This document shows, one piece after another, positions 24,240 to 32,000 of a DNA stretch of 32,000 nucleotides; the first letter of the stretch is position 1, and every line of letters starts with the position of its first letter. The stretch spans positions 780,001 through 812,000 of the forward strand of contig NC_011979.1 in assembly GCF_000022265.1 (NCBI RefSeq). Direction: 5' to 3'. Source of the DNA: Geotalea daltonii FRC-32 (GTDB lineage Bacteria; Desulfobacterota; Desulfuromonadia; Geobacterales; Geobacteraceae). Position numbers and translations under genes: made by a program. The notes beneath the pieces were generated by a model. The model ran no database searches. It saw only the letters and a program-made list of their open reading frames with translations, and had not been told where the DNA came from.

Positions 24240-25805
24240 ATGGATAAAGCTTTACGGCTTTTGATTGTAGACGATTCAAGGGATGATGCAGAGCTGATGC
24301 TTCATACCCTTAATCAGAATGGATATGAAACCAAATACCAGGTTGTCGACACTTTGGAGGCAATGCGCGCTGCTCTGGAAACGGAAGAGTGGGACATCAT
24401 CTTTTCAGATCATGCCATGCCACATTTCAGCGCTCCTGAAGCCCTTGCCGTGGCAAAGGAGTTGCATCCCGAGCTGCCGTTCATAATACTTTCCGGCGAA
24501 ATCGATCTCAATCTGGCTGTTTCCCTGATGAAGGGGGGAGCGCAGGATTATATTCAGAAGAGGGAAATGGCCCGCATCGTTCCGGCAATAGAGAGGGAGC
24601 TGCGGGAAGTTGAAGCCTGCCGCCAGCGCAGGCGCATGGAAACGGCACTATTGGCATCGGAAATCCGTTACCGCCGTCTTTTTGAAACAGCCAAGGATGG
24701 CATTCTGATACTGGATGCCGACACCGGGAAGATTACCGACGCCAATCCATCGCTGATGGAGATGCTTGGCTGTTCCAGCGATGAGTTGATCGGCAAGAAG
24801 TTATGGAAGACGGACATTTTCGCCGATACCTTTGCCAGCAAAAGGGCATTTAACGAGCTGGAAAAGAAGGGCTACATCCGATATGACGATATGAGTCTGA
24901 AAACTCGCGAGGGCCAGCAGATAGATGTGGAGTTCATCAGCAACGTCTATCCGGTTGACGACATGAAGGTGATCCAATGCAACATGCGCAATATCACCGA
25001 CCGCAAAAGGGCCGAAGGCCAGGTTAAAATCCTGGATACCTATCTGGAAGCCAGGGCGGCCGAGCTGGAAGCCGCCAACAGTCAGCTTGAGGCTTTCAAC
25101 TACACTGTATCCCACGACCTCCGGGCACCGTTGACCAACATCAACGGTTACTGCCAGTTGCTGATGGAGCTGTGCCGCAACATCCTGGAACCGAGGTTCA
25201 TGGGTTACCTGCAGGAAATAAACAACGGCGTTTTGCGGATGAACAGACTTATCGACAGCCTTCTCAACCTTTCGCTCGTATCACGGGCTGAATTGCACCG
25301 GGAAAAGGTAAATCTTTCCCAAACGGCAAAGGCGGTGGCAGCGGAGCTCAAGTTGATGGAGCCGCAACGGAAGGTGACCTTTAAAATAGCTGACGATGTG
25401 ATGGTGTACGGAGATGTAAGCCTGCTGCAAGTGGTAATGGAGAACCTGTTTGGCAATGCATGGAAATACACCAGCAAAAGGGATTTGGCGCACATTGAAT
25501 TCGGCGTTACGGATCATGGCGGGACGCGCGCCTGTTATGTCCGGGATAATGGTGCAGGCTTTGATATGACCAATGCAGAAAAACTTTTTAATGTCTTTCA
25601 GCGCCTGGATGACACTGGGGAATTTGAAGGATTCGGCATCGGGCTGGCAACGGTGAAAAGGATCATTCAGAGTCATGGCGGCTGGATAATCGGTGAGGGT
25701 GAAGCAGGCAAAGGTGCAACCTTTTACTTTACCCTGGATGATCAGCTTCAGTACGAGACCATAAATATAGAGAAGAAAGGAGAAGTCATCATGGCGCAGA
25801 CCTAA
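24240..25805 (+). CDS. Hybrid sensor: N-terminal receiver (REC) + PAS + histidine kinase (HisKA + HATPase_c)
   Basis: REC LLIVDDSRDD...SDHAMP; PAS YRRLFETAKDGILILD; H-box SHDLRAPL; N-box GNAWKYT; G-boxes DNGAGF and GFGIGLATVKRI. Confidence 0.92.
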   Translation: MDKALRLLIVDDSRDDAELMLHTLNQNGYETKYQVVDTLEAMRAALETEEWDIIFSDHAMPHFSAPEALAVAKELHPELPFIILSGEIDLNLAVSLMKGGAQDYIQKREMARIVPAIERELREVEACRQRRRMETALLASEIRYRRLFETAKDGILILDADTGKITDANPSLMEMLGCSSDELIGKKLWKTDIFADTFASKRAFNELEKKGYIRYDDMSLKTREGQQIDVEFISNVYPVDDMKVIQCNMRNITDRKRAEGQVKILDTYLEARAAELEAANSQLEAFNYTVSHDLRAPLTNINGYCQLLMELCRNILEPRFMGYLQEINNGVLRMNRLIDSLLNLSLVSRAELHREKVNLSQTAKAVAAELKLMEPQRKVTFKIADDVMVYGDVSLLQVVMENLFGNAWKYTSKRDLAHIEFGVTDHGGTRACYVRDNGAGFDMTNAEKLFNVFQRLDDTGEFEGFGIGLATVKRIIQSHGGWIIGEGEAGKGATFYFTLDDQLQYETINIEKKGEVIMAQT

Positions 25806-25862
25806 TCCATTGGAGCTGACAGGTTGTGTACGAAGTACATCCAATATTGCAAGGAGGAATAA

Positions 25863-26477
25863 ATGAAAAAGCTTATCCTTTTTTCCCTGGTCATTGCATT
25901 TCTTCTTAGCGTAAGCCTCTCATGGGCTGCAGATGAAGCTGACAAGCCGGCTAATTATCTTGCTATCAAGGGTGGTATTTACTCTCCCAGCAATGATTTT
26001 GACGTACAGCACATTCCTGGTGACAGCACCTTTAGCCGCCTTGACAACAAAATCGGGTTTGCTGGAGAGGTTGCTTTTGGTCGTTATATCATGCCGGCGG
26101 TTGCCATGGAGCTTGGAGCCGGATACTTTGAGAGCAAAGGCTCCGGGGAAGCTGTTGCAGGTCAAGACGCCAGGCTGAGGGTCGTGCCAGTGGTCCTTAC
26201 AGCAAAGGTACTACTTCCTCTTGGGCCGGTCGAACCCTATGGTGAGTTTGGCGTAGGAGGTTATTTTTCCAAGGTTCGCGATTTCAAAATTGATGAAAGT
26301 ACAAATACGAAGGCAATGTTCGGTCTTCATGCCGGGGCGGGGCTCAATTTCAACATTACCGACGGTTTCTTTTTGGGCCTTGAGGGAAGATACCTGTGGA
26401 CGGACGACTCATGGGGCAGTTCGGATGCAAAGCTGGACGGCTTTATTACCATGGCAGCTCTCGGTTTCCGTTACTGA
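25863..26477 (+). CDS. Outer-membrane beta-barrel protein (OmpW/OMP_b-brl-like)
   Basis: Signal peptide SLSWA-AD, alternating beta-strand pattern, C-terminal LGFRY. RBS AAGGAGGA. Confidence 0.8.
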   Translation: MKKLILFSLVIAFLLSVSLSWAADEADKPANYLAIKGGIYSPSNDFDVQHIPGDSTFSRLDNKIGFAGEVAFGRYIMPAVAMELGAGYFESKGSGEAVAGQDARLRVVPVVLTAKVLLPLGPVEPYGEFGVGGYFSKVRDFKIDESTNTKAMFGLHAGAGLNFNITDGFFLGLEGRYLWTDDSWGSSDAKLDGFITMAALGFRY

Positions 26478-26550
26478 GGCCATGCAGCTGTTGTCATGGG
26501 ATCATTCGGGGAGCTGACGGTGATGTTCAATAAAAGCATGAGCAAGATCT

Positions 26551-26580
26551 GATGGCAGGCATTTCACATTGCCTGCCATC
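26551..26580. terminator. Hairpin between convergent genes
   Basis: GATGGCAGGC-ATTTCACATT-GCCTGCCATC forms a 10-bp perfect stem. Confidence 0.55.
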
Positions 26581-26604
26581 AATGTTTTCTTGCTGTCGCA
26601 ATTG

Positions 26605-26910
26605 CTATTTGACTATGAGATTGTTTTTTACCTCTCTGACACCCTCCACGCTGCTGGCAACTTCGCCTGCCCTTTTCACGCTTTGCGGGGAATCGACAAA
26701 GCCGCTCAGCTGAACCTTGCCCTGGTAGGTCTCAACGGCAATCTGCATCACTTTCAAAGCAGGATCCCCCAGAATTGCCGATTTGACCTTCGTCGTGATC
26801 ACTGAATCGTCAAAGTATTGACCTGCGGTTTCATTCTTCTGGTGGGATGCGCATCCCCCCAGCATCAATATCAAACCGAAGGTAAGCATGGATCTTGTTA
26901 TGAGATTCAT
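26605..26910 (-). CDS. BON-domain lipoprotein (OsmY-like)
   Basis: Lipobox LMLGGC. BON pattern DDSVITTKVKSAI.........I.VETYQGKVQLSGFV.S......A.......GV..V.N.L.V. Confidence 0.85.
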   Translation of the reverse strand: MNLITRSMLTFGLILMLGGCASHQKNETAGQYFDDSVITTKVKSAILGDPALKVMQIAVETYQGKVQLSGFVDSPQSVKRAGEVASSVEGVREVKNNLIVK

Positions 26911-27027
26911 AACAGCCTCCTATATGGGTTTAAGTTAACTATAACTAATTGCACAGGTGTGTCAATTTATGTCTTACTGCTGAAAACCGGGGAGGAGAGG
27001 AGGCATCAAGGGTGGAGGGAGTGACAT

Positions 27028-27678
27028 TTAGAGCTTGTGCAGATCGATCATCTTTTCGTTGCAAAGATATTCGGTCTGGGAGATACGGGTTGTCCTTGCA
27101 AGTTTTGCTACAATATCACGGATTTTTCCCATCTCCTGTCGAATCTGCTGTAGAGCGGACGATGCATGCTCATGATGGGAATTATTGTCTTTTTCCAGCA
27201 TATAGAGGGAACCGTAAATAGATGTTAAGGGATTATTGATTTCATGGCTCAGGGCAATGGCCATTTCCTTGAACAGTTTCAGCTTTTCAAGTTCCATGGA
27301 CTGCCGGGCAAGGCTTTGGGCAGCCAGATGGGATCTTATCCTTGCCAGCAGTTCCTGGGGATAAAATGGTTTTACAATATAATCCACGGCACCGGCCTCA
27401 AAGCCCTTTACCTTTTCTCTTTCTGCATCCATGGCAGTGATGAAGATGATGGGGGTGTCTCTGGTTTGTTCAGCATGTTTGAGCTTTCTGCACACCTCGT
27501 AGCCGTTAAGTGCAGGGAGATGAACATCGAGCAAAATGAGGTCAGGAGGATTTTCCAGGGCAATGGCAATACCTTGCGCTCCGTCATCACTGAAATCGAG
27601 CACATAGCTGCCCGATAAAATATCTGCCAACTGGGCCTGTGCAACACTGCTGTCTTCTATAACCAGTATTCTTGCCAT
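27028..27678 (-). CDS. Response-regulator receiver fused to a DHp/HisKA-like domain, no ATPase domain
   Basis: REC RILVIEDS...LILLDVHLP..NGYEV...PIIFITA...DYIVKPF, then the H-box-like ALSHEINNPLTSI. The protein ends ~75 aa later without N/G1/G2 boxes. Confidence 0.85.
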   Translation of the reverse strand: MARILVIEDSSVAQAQLADILSGSYVLDFSDDGAQGIAIALENPPDLILLDVHLPALNGYEVCRKLKHAEQTRDTPIIFITAMDAEREKVKGFEAGAVDYIVKPFYPQELLARIRSHLAAQSLARQSMELEKLKLFKEMAIALSHEINNPLTSIYGSLYMLEKDNNSHHEHASSALQQIRQEMGKIRDIVAKLARTTRISQTEYLCNEKMIDLHKL

Positions 27679-27953
27679 GAATGAGCCCTTTATCTTCGCG
27701 AAAAAAACAATATTCTATCTATTTCATATACCTTGTCAACGTTGGAAAGAGAGATGAGGGCGGAAATATAAATGAAAAAGTTGAAATTTAGTTATAGTGA
27801 ACAAATTATGGTTGTATTAAAAAACACACAGTGGGGGTGGGTGATGGAAAAGTCCACCCAACGGCCTTGAAAATGCAGTTATTGCGTGAGTTGTGGTGGG
27901 CTGCGAAAATGATGTGCATGTGCCGGAAGTAGCTTTTTAAACCATTTTTTAAC

Positions 27954-27982
27954 TTGACTAGAAGAAGGTCCTTAAGTAGAAT
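27954..27982 (+). promoter_or_regulatory. Sigma70-like promoter for the CoA-transferase gene
   Basis: TTGACT (27954-27959), 17-nt spacer, TAGAAT (27977-27982), and an A/T-rich UP-like tract upstream. It implies a ~130-nt leader. Confidence 0.5.
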
Positions 27983-28121
27983 GCGGTTCTAATTTTTGCC
28001 GGAAGACGGTTCCTCCCACTGTCTTTAGCGGTCTGAATAATCAGATTTCAATGTCGTTCTTATTACAAAAGATCTTTGCTGATCTTGTTTGTAAACATCA
28101 AAACAAAACAGGAGGAAGAAA

Positions 28122-29717
28122 ATGTCTGAGTACGGCACCCTGCAAGACCGCGTCCGTTGTAAATCCCTCATGAACAAGGTCATGAAGGCTGAGGACACAA
28201 TCCAGTTTTTCAAAAACGGTATGAACTTGGGTTGGTCCGGCTTTACCCCTGCCGGTTATCCCAAAGAGGTCCCCATCGCTCTTGCCGAGCATGTTGAAAA
28301 GAACAACCTGCAGGGCAAGTTGAAATTCAACCTTTTCATTGGCGCCTCTGTTGGTGCCGAGACCGAAGACCGCTGGGCCATCAACGATATGATCGACCGC
28401 CGCTGGCCTTATCAGACCGGTAAGAATATTGCTGCAGGCATCAATGAAGGTCGCATCCGCATGGGGGACAAACACCTTTCCCTTTTCGCCCAGGACCTTG
28501 GCTACGGCTTCTACACCAAGGATACCGAGTCCGGAAAGCTGGACCTCGCCATAATCGAGGTTTCGGCCATAACCGAGGATGGCGGCCTGGTTCCCACCAC
28601 GTCATGCGGTGTCATTCCCGAGATACTTATGGTTTGTGACAAGATCATCGTCGAGGTAAATACCGGTGAGCCTTCTTTCGAGGGAATCCATGACATTATC
28701 TCCTGCAAGACCCCGCCTAATCGTGAAGTTTTCAATATCACCAAGGCCGGCAGCCGTATCGGGACCACCTACTGCCCCTGCGATCCGAGCAAGATCATAG
28801 CCGTTGTCGAATCGAAGCGGCGTGACAAAGGGCGTGCCTTTGCCGAGCAGGATGATACCTCCGAGGCCATTGCCAACCACATCATCGACTTCTTCAGCCA
28901 TGAAGTGAAAATGGGCAGACTGCCGAAAAACCTGCTGCCGCTCCAGTCCGGCGTCGGTTCCATTGCCAATGCCGTCATCGGCGGCCTGGCAAAGGGTCCT
29001 TTCTCCAACCTGACCGTCTATACCGAAGTACTTCAGGACACCATGCTCGACCTGTTCGACTCGGGCAAGCTTGATGCCGCTTCATCCTGCTCCCTGTCCC
29101 TTTCCGAGACCCCGGGTTTCCCCCGCTTCTTCGAGAACTGGGACAAGTACTTCGACAAGATCACCCTGCGTCCGCTTTCCATCTCCAACGCTCCTGAGCC
29201 GATCCGTCGCCTCGGGTGCATCGCCATGAATACTCCGGTCGAAATCGACATCTATGCCCATGCTAACTCTACCCTTGTTGGCGGTACCAGGATGATCAAC
29301 GGCCTCGGCGGTTCCGGCGACTTCCTCCGCAATGGCTTCCTCAAGATCATGCATACTCCATCGAGCCGTCCTTCCAAGACTGACCCGAACGGCATCTCCT
29401 GCGTAGTTCCGCATTGCTCGCACATCGACCACACCGAGCATGACCTGGACTGCGTCGTTACCGAGCAGGGTCTGGCAGACCTTCGTGGTATGGCTCCGAA
29501 AGACCGCGCCAAGCGGATCATCGAGAAGTGTGCCCACCCGGATTACAAGCCGATCCTCACCGAGTACCTCAGCATTGCCACAGCTGATTGTCTGAAGCGC
29601 AAGGTGGGGCATGAGCCCCAGTTGTGGGACCGCGCCTTCAAAATGCACCTCAACCTGGAGCGCAACGGCACCATGAAGATCAAGAACTGGGATGTGAAGG
29701 TCGACCTCTGCGAGTAG
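28122..29717 (+). CDS. Acetyl-CoA hydrolase/transferase family enzyme (succinyl-CoA:acetate CoA-transferase-like)
   Basis: 531 aa. N-terminal ...GWSGFTPAGYPK..P.ALA, central LQSGVGSIANAV, and C-terminal NGLGGSGDF are characteristic of the Ach1/AarC family. Strong RBS AGGAGGAAG. Confidence 0.92.
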   Translation: MSEYGTLQDRVRCKSLMNKVMKAEDTIQFFKNGMNLGWSGFTPAGYPKEVPIALAEHVEKNNLQGKLKFNLFIGASVGAETEDRWAINDMIDRRWPYQTGKNIAAGINEGRIRMGDKHLSLFAQDLGYGFYTKDTESGKLDLAIIEVSAITEDGGLVPTTSCGVIPEILMVCDKIIVEVNTGEPSFEGIHDIISCKTPPNREVFNITKAGSRIGTTYCPCDPSKIIAVVESKRRDKGRAFAEQDDTSEAIANHIIDFFSHEVKMGRLPKNLLPLQSGVGSIANAVIGGLAKGPFSNLTVYTEVLQDTMLDLFDSGKLDAASSCSLSLSETPGFPRFFENWDKYFDKITLRPLSISNAPEPIRRLGCIAMNTPVEIDIYAHANSTLVGGTRMINGLGGSGDFLRNGFLKIMHTPSSRPSKTDPNGISCVVPHCSHIDHTEHDLDCVVTEQGLADLRGMAPKDRAKRIIEKCAHPDYKPILTEYLSIATADCLKRKVGHEPQLWDRAFKMHLNLERNGTMKIKNWDVKVDLCE

Positions 29718-29747
29718 AGATCATTGAATTCATGTAATGCAATGCAG

Positions 29748-29779
29748 GCCCCGCGGATTTTCTCCGCGGGGCTTTTTTT
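29748..29779 (+). terminator. Rho-independent terminator
   Basis: GCCCCGCGGA-TTTCT-TCCGCGGGGC followed by T7. Confidence 0.9.
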
Positions 29780-29968
29780 GTTGGCGTGGCTTCGGGAATG
29801 AATGACCGAGCTGCTACGGCGACTGAACAAACGGACGAAGTCTCGGCAACCTGGCCCTTCAACTAAAATGTTTGGCGAAAGACACTTTTATTTATCCGGC
29901 AATTTCCCGGTTGCCTGGAATAATCCCTTCATCTTTAATGTCTGTGTTGTAGAAGCTGCCGGAGTCGT

Positions 29969-30910
29969 TCAGGAATCGATGACGGCAAACAACGCATCGA
30001 CGATCTCCGGATCGAGATAAGTGCCGCGCATGCCGTCGATTGTTTCAATGATCTGCTCCCGGGAAAGTTTGCTGCGGTATGGCCGGTCCACGGAGAGCGC
30101 ATCGTAGACGTCTGCGACAGCCACGATCCGGGCTTCCAACGGGATATCGTTTCCCTGCAAGCCTGAAGGATAGCCACGCCCGTCATAGCGTTCATGATGA
30201 TAGAGGACGATGTTCTGTACGGCCTCAGAAAGGTTTGCCTTGCGAACCACGGTGCATCCCCAGACCGAGTGATTCTTTACCAGCTCGAATTCCTCCTCTG
30301 TCAGTTGGCGGGGGGCATTCAGTACCGCCTCCGGAACGCCGATCTTGCCGCAGTCGTGGAGCCAGCTGCCGAATTTGATTTCTTCCTGTTTGTTCTCGCT
30401 CACACCTAGTTTTATCGCGATCTGCATGGCAATGGTGGCCACACGGTCGCAGTGCCCTTTGGTACAGGCATCTTTCAGCTCGATGGTCTGCGCCAGGGAA
30501 TGGAGGACGAATTCGTCCTCTCTCTTCAGGGATTGCAAGATGCGAAATCTGCGGATACCGTCCTTTACAGCCTTGACCATCTCCGTGTCTTTCCATGGTT
30601 TGACGACAAAGCGGAAAACTTCACCATTGTTGATTGCGGAAAGGGTTGTGGCCAAGTCGGCGCTGCCGGTCATCATGATCTTCACCGTATGTGGTGAAAT
30701 CTCCTTGATCTTTGCCAGCAGCTCAAGTCCGTTCATGCCGGGCATCTGGTTGTCGGCCACAACAACGGCAATTATATTCTGGTTGACAATCTGCAGCGCT
30801 TCAATCCCCGAACTGGCTGTCAGAACAGTGAGTCCCCTGTTTTCGAAGAGCCCGCGCGTGTAGTCAAGATAGACCTTCTCATCATCGACAAAAAGAATGG
30901 TTTCCGCCAT
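29969..30910 (-). CDS. Response regulator with HD-GYP domain (c-di-GMP phosphodiesterase type)
   Basis: REC ILFVDDE....VVADNQMPGMNG...VKPW, then HD-GYP: HCDRVA, WLHDCGKIGVP, HHERYDGRGYPSGL, VADVYDALSVDRPYR. The start at 30910 follows GAGGGG. Confidence 0.92.
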   Translation of the reverse strand: MAETILFVDDEKVYLDYTRGLFENRGLTVLTASSGIEALQIVNQNIIAVVVADNQMPGMNGLELLAKIKEISPHTVKIMMTGSADLATTLSAINNGEVFRFVVKPWKDTEMVKAVKDGIRRFRILQSLKREDEFVLHSLAQTIELKDACTKGHCDRVATIAMQIAIKLGVSENKQEEIKFGSWLHDCGKIGVPEAVLNAPRQLTEEEFELVKNHSVWGCTVVRKANLSEAVQNIVLYHHERYDGRGYPSGLQGNDIPLEARIVAVADVYDALSVDRPYRSKLSREQIIETIDGMRGTYLDPEIVDALFAVIDS

Positions 30911-31079
30911 TTTTACCCCTCGATACAGCAAAACGCACAGAGTATACTGTTGAACTATTCGGCGTTTATGGCGTAAAACTTAGCCTGAAATTCACCCCAC
31001 ACTTCTTTATTTGCCAATTTGGCGCAAACCGGCTATCCTTGCTGCTGCTTGAAACCACCACCAAAGAAATGGAGTCCGC

Positions 31080-31715
31080 ATGCTCACTATTTGCAGAAGC
31101 GCCGCAGTTATGCTCATTCTTTTTGCCTTTCCTTACCTTTCCCATGCCGAAGGCCCGGTATCGACAGCCGGTCCGGCTGATATACCTGCTGCACAGACGG
31201 CGGCTCCGGCTGTAATCGTCGAGCCGGCGCCAACCGGAGAGACAAAGGCGGAGCGGGCGATAAAGTTCGGCTACGTGGATATGGTTAAAATCGGTAACGA
31301 TTCCAGCCAGGGGAGGGCGGCCAAGGCCAAATTCGAGGCCAAGGCCGATAAATACAAAGGACAGATAGCTGCAAAACAGAAACAGCTTGAGAAGCAGAAG
31401 AATGCCATTCAGGCAAAACTGGCCACCATGAGCCCCGAACAGCGGGCAGCCAAGGCCAAAGAGTTCGACAAAAAGGTTAATGATTTCCAGAAATATGTGC
31501 AGAAAGCGGAAAAGGAGATGCAGGATCTGCAGGAGGAAGTTTCCCGCAAGCTCTTTCTTGACCTTGAACAGGCAGTGGACGCCTATGGCAAAGCTAACGG
31601 ATTCACTGCCATATGTGTCAAGAAGGATGTTCTTTATTTAGCCAGTGGCGTTGACGTCCAGGATGTTACAGACTCGATCCTGAAACTGGTGAATGAAAAA
31701 GGATCGAAACCTTGA
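31080..31715 (+). CDS. OmpH/Skp-family periplasmic chaperone
   Basis: Signal peptide, then KFGYVDM.KI.......G..A, a long Lys/Gln/Ala-rich coiled region, and a C-terminal globular end. Confidence 0.82.
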   Translation: MLTICRSAAVMLILFAFPYLSHAEGPVSTAGPADIPAAQTAAPAVIVEPAPTGETKAERAIKFGYVDMVKIGNDSSQGRAAKAKFEAKADKYKGQIAAKQKQLEKQKNAIQAKLATMSPEQRAAKAKEFDKKVNDFQKYVQKAEKEMQDLQEEVSRKLFLDLEQAVDAYGKANGFTAICVKKDVLYLASGVDVQDVTDSILKLVNEKGSKP

Positions 31716-31741
31716 ACCTTTGAATTTGGCTGAATGATAAA

Positions 31742-31767
31742 AGGCCTGCCGATGCAGGCTTTTTTTA
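31742..31767 (+). terminator. Rho-independent terminator
   Basis: GCCTGC-CGAT-GCAGGC followed by TTTTTTT. Confidence 0.85.
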
Positions 31768-31839
31768 TGTCATCCGCTACTAATGAACTGCTTCACTTGT
31801 ATTGATCCAAAACAATAAGAGTAAAGATGGAGAGAGAAG

Positions 31840-32000
31840 ATGATTCACCTGTCTAGCATCACAAAACAGCACGGTTCACAGCTGCTCTTCCGCGACGCTT
31901 CGTTCCAGATTCTGCCTGGCAGCCGCACCGGCCTGGTGGGCCCTAACGGTGCGGGCAAAACCAGCATCTTCCGCATCATTACCGGCGAAGAGGAGGTGGA
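31840..32000 (+). CDS. ABC-F family ATPase, N-terminal fragment (runs off the window)
   Basis: My translation gives MIHLSSITKQHGSQLLFRDASFQILPGSRTGLVGPNGAGKTSIFRIITGEEEV, with Walker A GPNGAGKT and no TM region. RBS GGAGAGAGAAG. Confidence 0.85.
   Translation, partial: MIHLSSITKQHGSQLLFRDASFQILPGSRTGLVGPNGAGKTSIFRIITGEEEV

Noticed and set aside
24801-25844. 104-, 96- and 187-aa minus-strand ORFs
   Set aside because: They are antisense to the histidine kinase gene.
27772-27870. 31-codon ORF (MKKLKFSYSEQIMVVLKNTQWGWVMEKSTQRP) in the long intergenic region upstream of the CoA-transferase gene
   Set aside because: There is no convincing RBS and it is too short to evaluate. It overlaps a GGGTGG/CCACCC hairpin that may be the real signal.
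28098-29862. Numerous minus-strand ORFs (125, 85, 99, 79, 72, 188, 89, 95, 60 aa)
   Set aside because: They are antisense or frame shadows of the 531-aa CoA-transferase gene and its terminator region.
30079-30863. Plus-strand ORFs (99, 71, 172, 81 aa) and a minus-strand 123-aa ORF
   Set aside because: They overlap the HD-GYP response regulator gene and have no motifs.
1-32000. CRISPR arrays, tRNA/rRNA genes, IS-type terminal inverted repeats with transposase
   Set aside because: I saw no regularly spaced direct repeats, no cloverleaf-like or rRNA-like segments, and no DDE/IS transposase ORFs on either strand.

Overview
The window splits at about 9.09 kb. LEFT (1 to ~9088) is an AT-rich integrated mobile island. 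Spot counts of single 60-nt lines gave 25/60 GC here versus 32/60 in the backbone. Its right end is fused to the Walker-A region of a truncated comM/yifB gene (9083-9970); its left end lies outside the window. On the minus strand the island carries a co-directional set: DUF2493/SLOG protein > small serine recombinase (ATGA-coupled) > CoiA-like nuclease > C5 DNA methyltransferase > GIY-YIG nuclease (ATGA-coupled, cut by the window edge). Next comes a ~5.2 kb module bracketed by related recombination sites (3836-3885 and 9000-9045). It encodes an internally duplicated small protein, a hypothetical protein, an HUH Rep-like protein with pC194-type motifs, an RHH protein, an XRE repressor, a lipoprotein and a large serine recombinase. 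Four copies of one ~19-nt half-site are arranged as attL-like, attP-like and attR-like sites, which I consider the most interesting signal. RIGHT (9.1-32 kb) is a GC-richer chromosomal backbone whose gene content resembles Geobacter/Desulfuromonadales (inference only). It contains: a decayed zone with an apparent feoA-feoB remnant; a MetA-type outer-membrane barrel; DUF3793; a translationally coupled MarR-FUSC pair; a TetR-controlled TolC/adaptor/FtsX-permease/ATPase efflux operon; a TMD-only CDF-like cation transporter; a B12-binding radical SAM protein; several signalling proteins (REC-PAS-histidine kinase, REC-DHp without an ATPase domain, REC-HD-GYP); a BON lipoprotein; an OMP barrel; an acetyl-CoA hydrolase/transferase family enzyme; an OmpH/Skp chaperone; and the start of an ABC-F ATPase. 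I saw no rRNA, tRNA or CRISPR array. All family calls come from motif reading by eye; no database search was possible.
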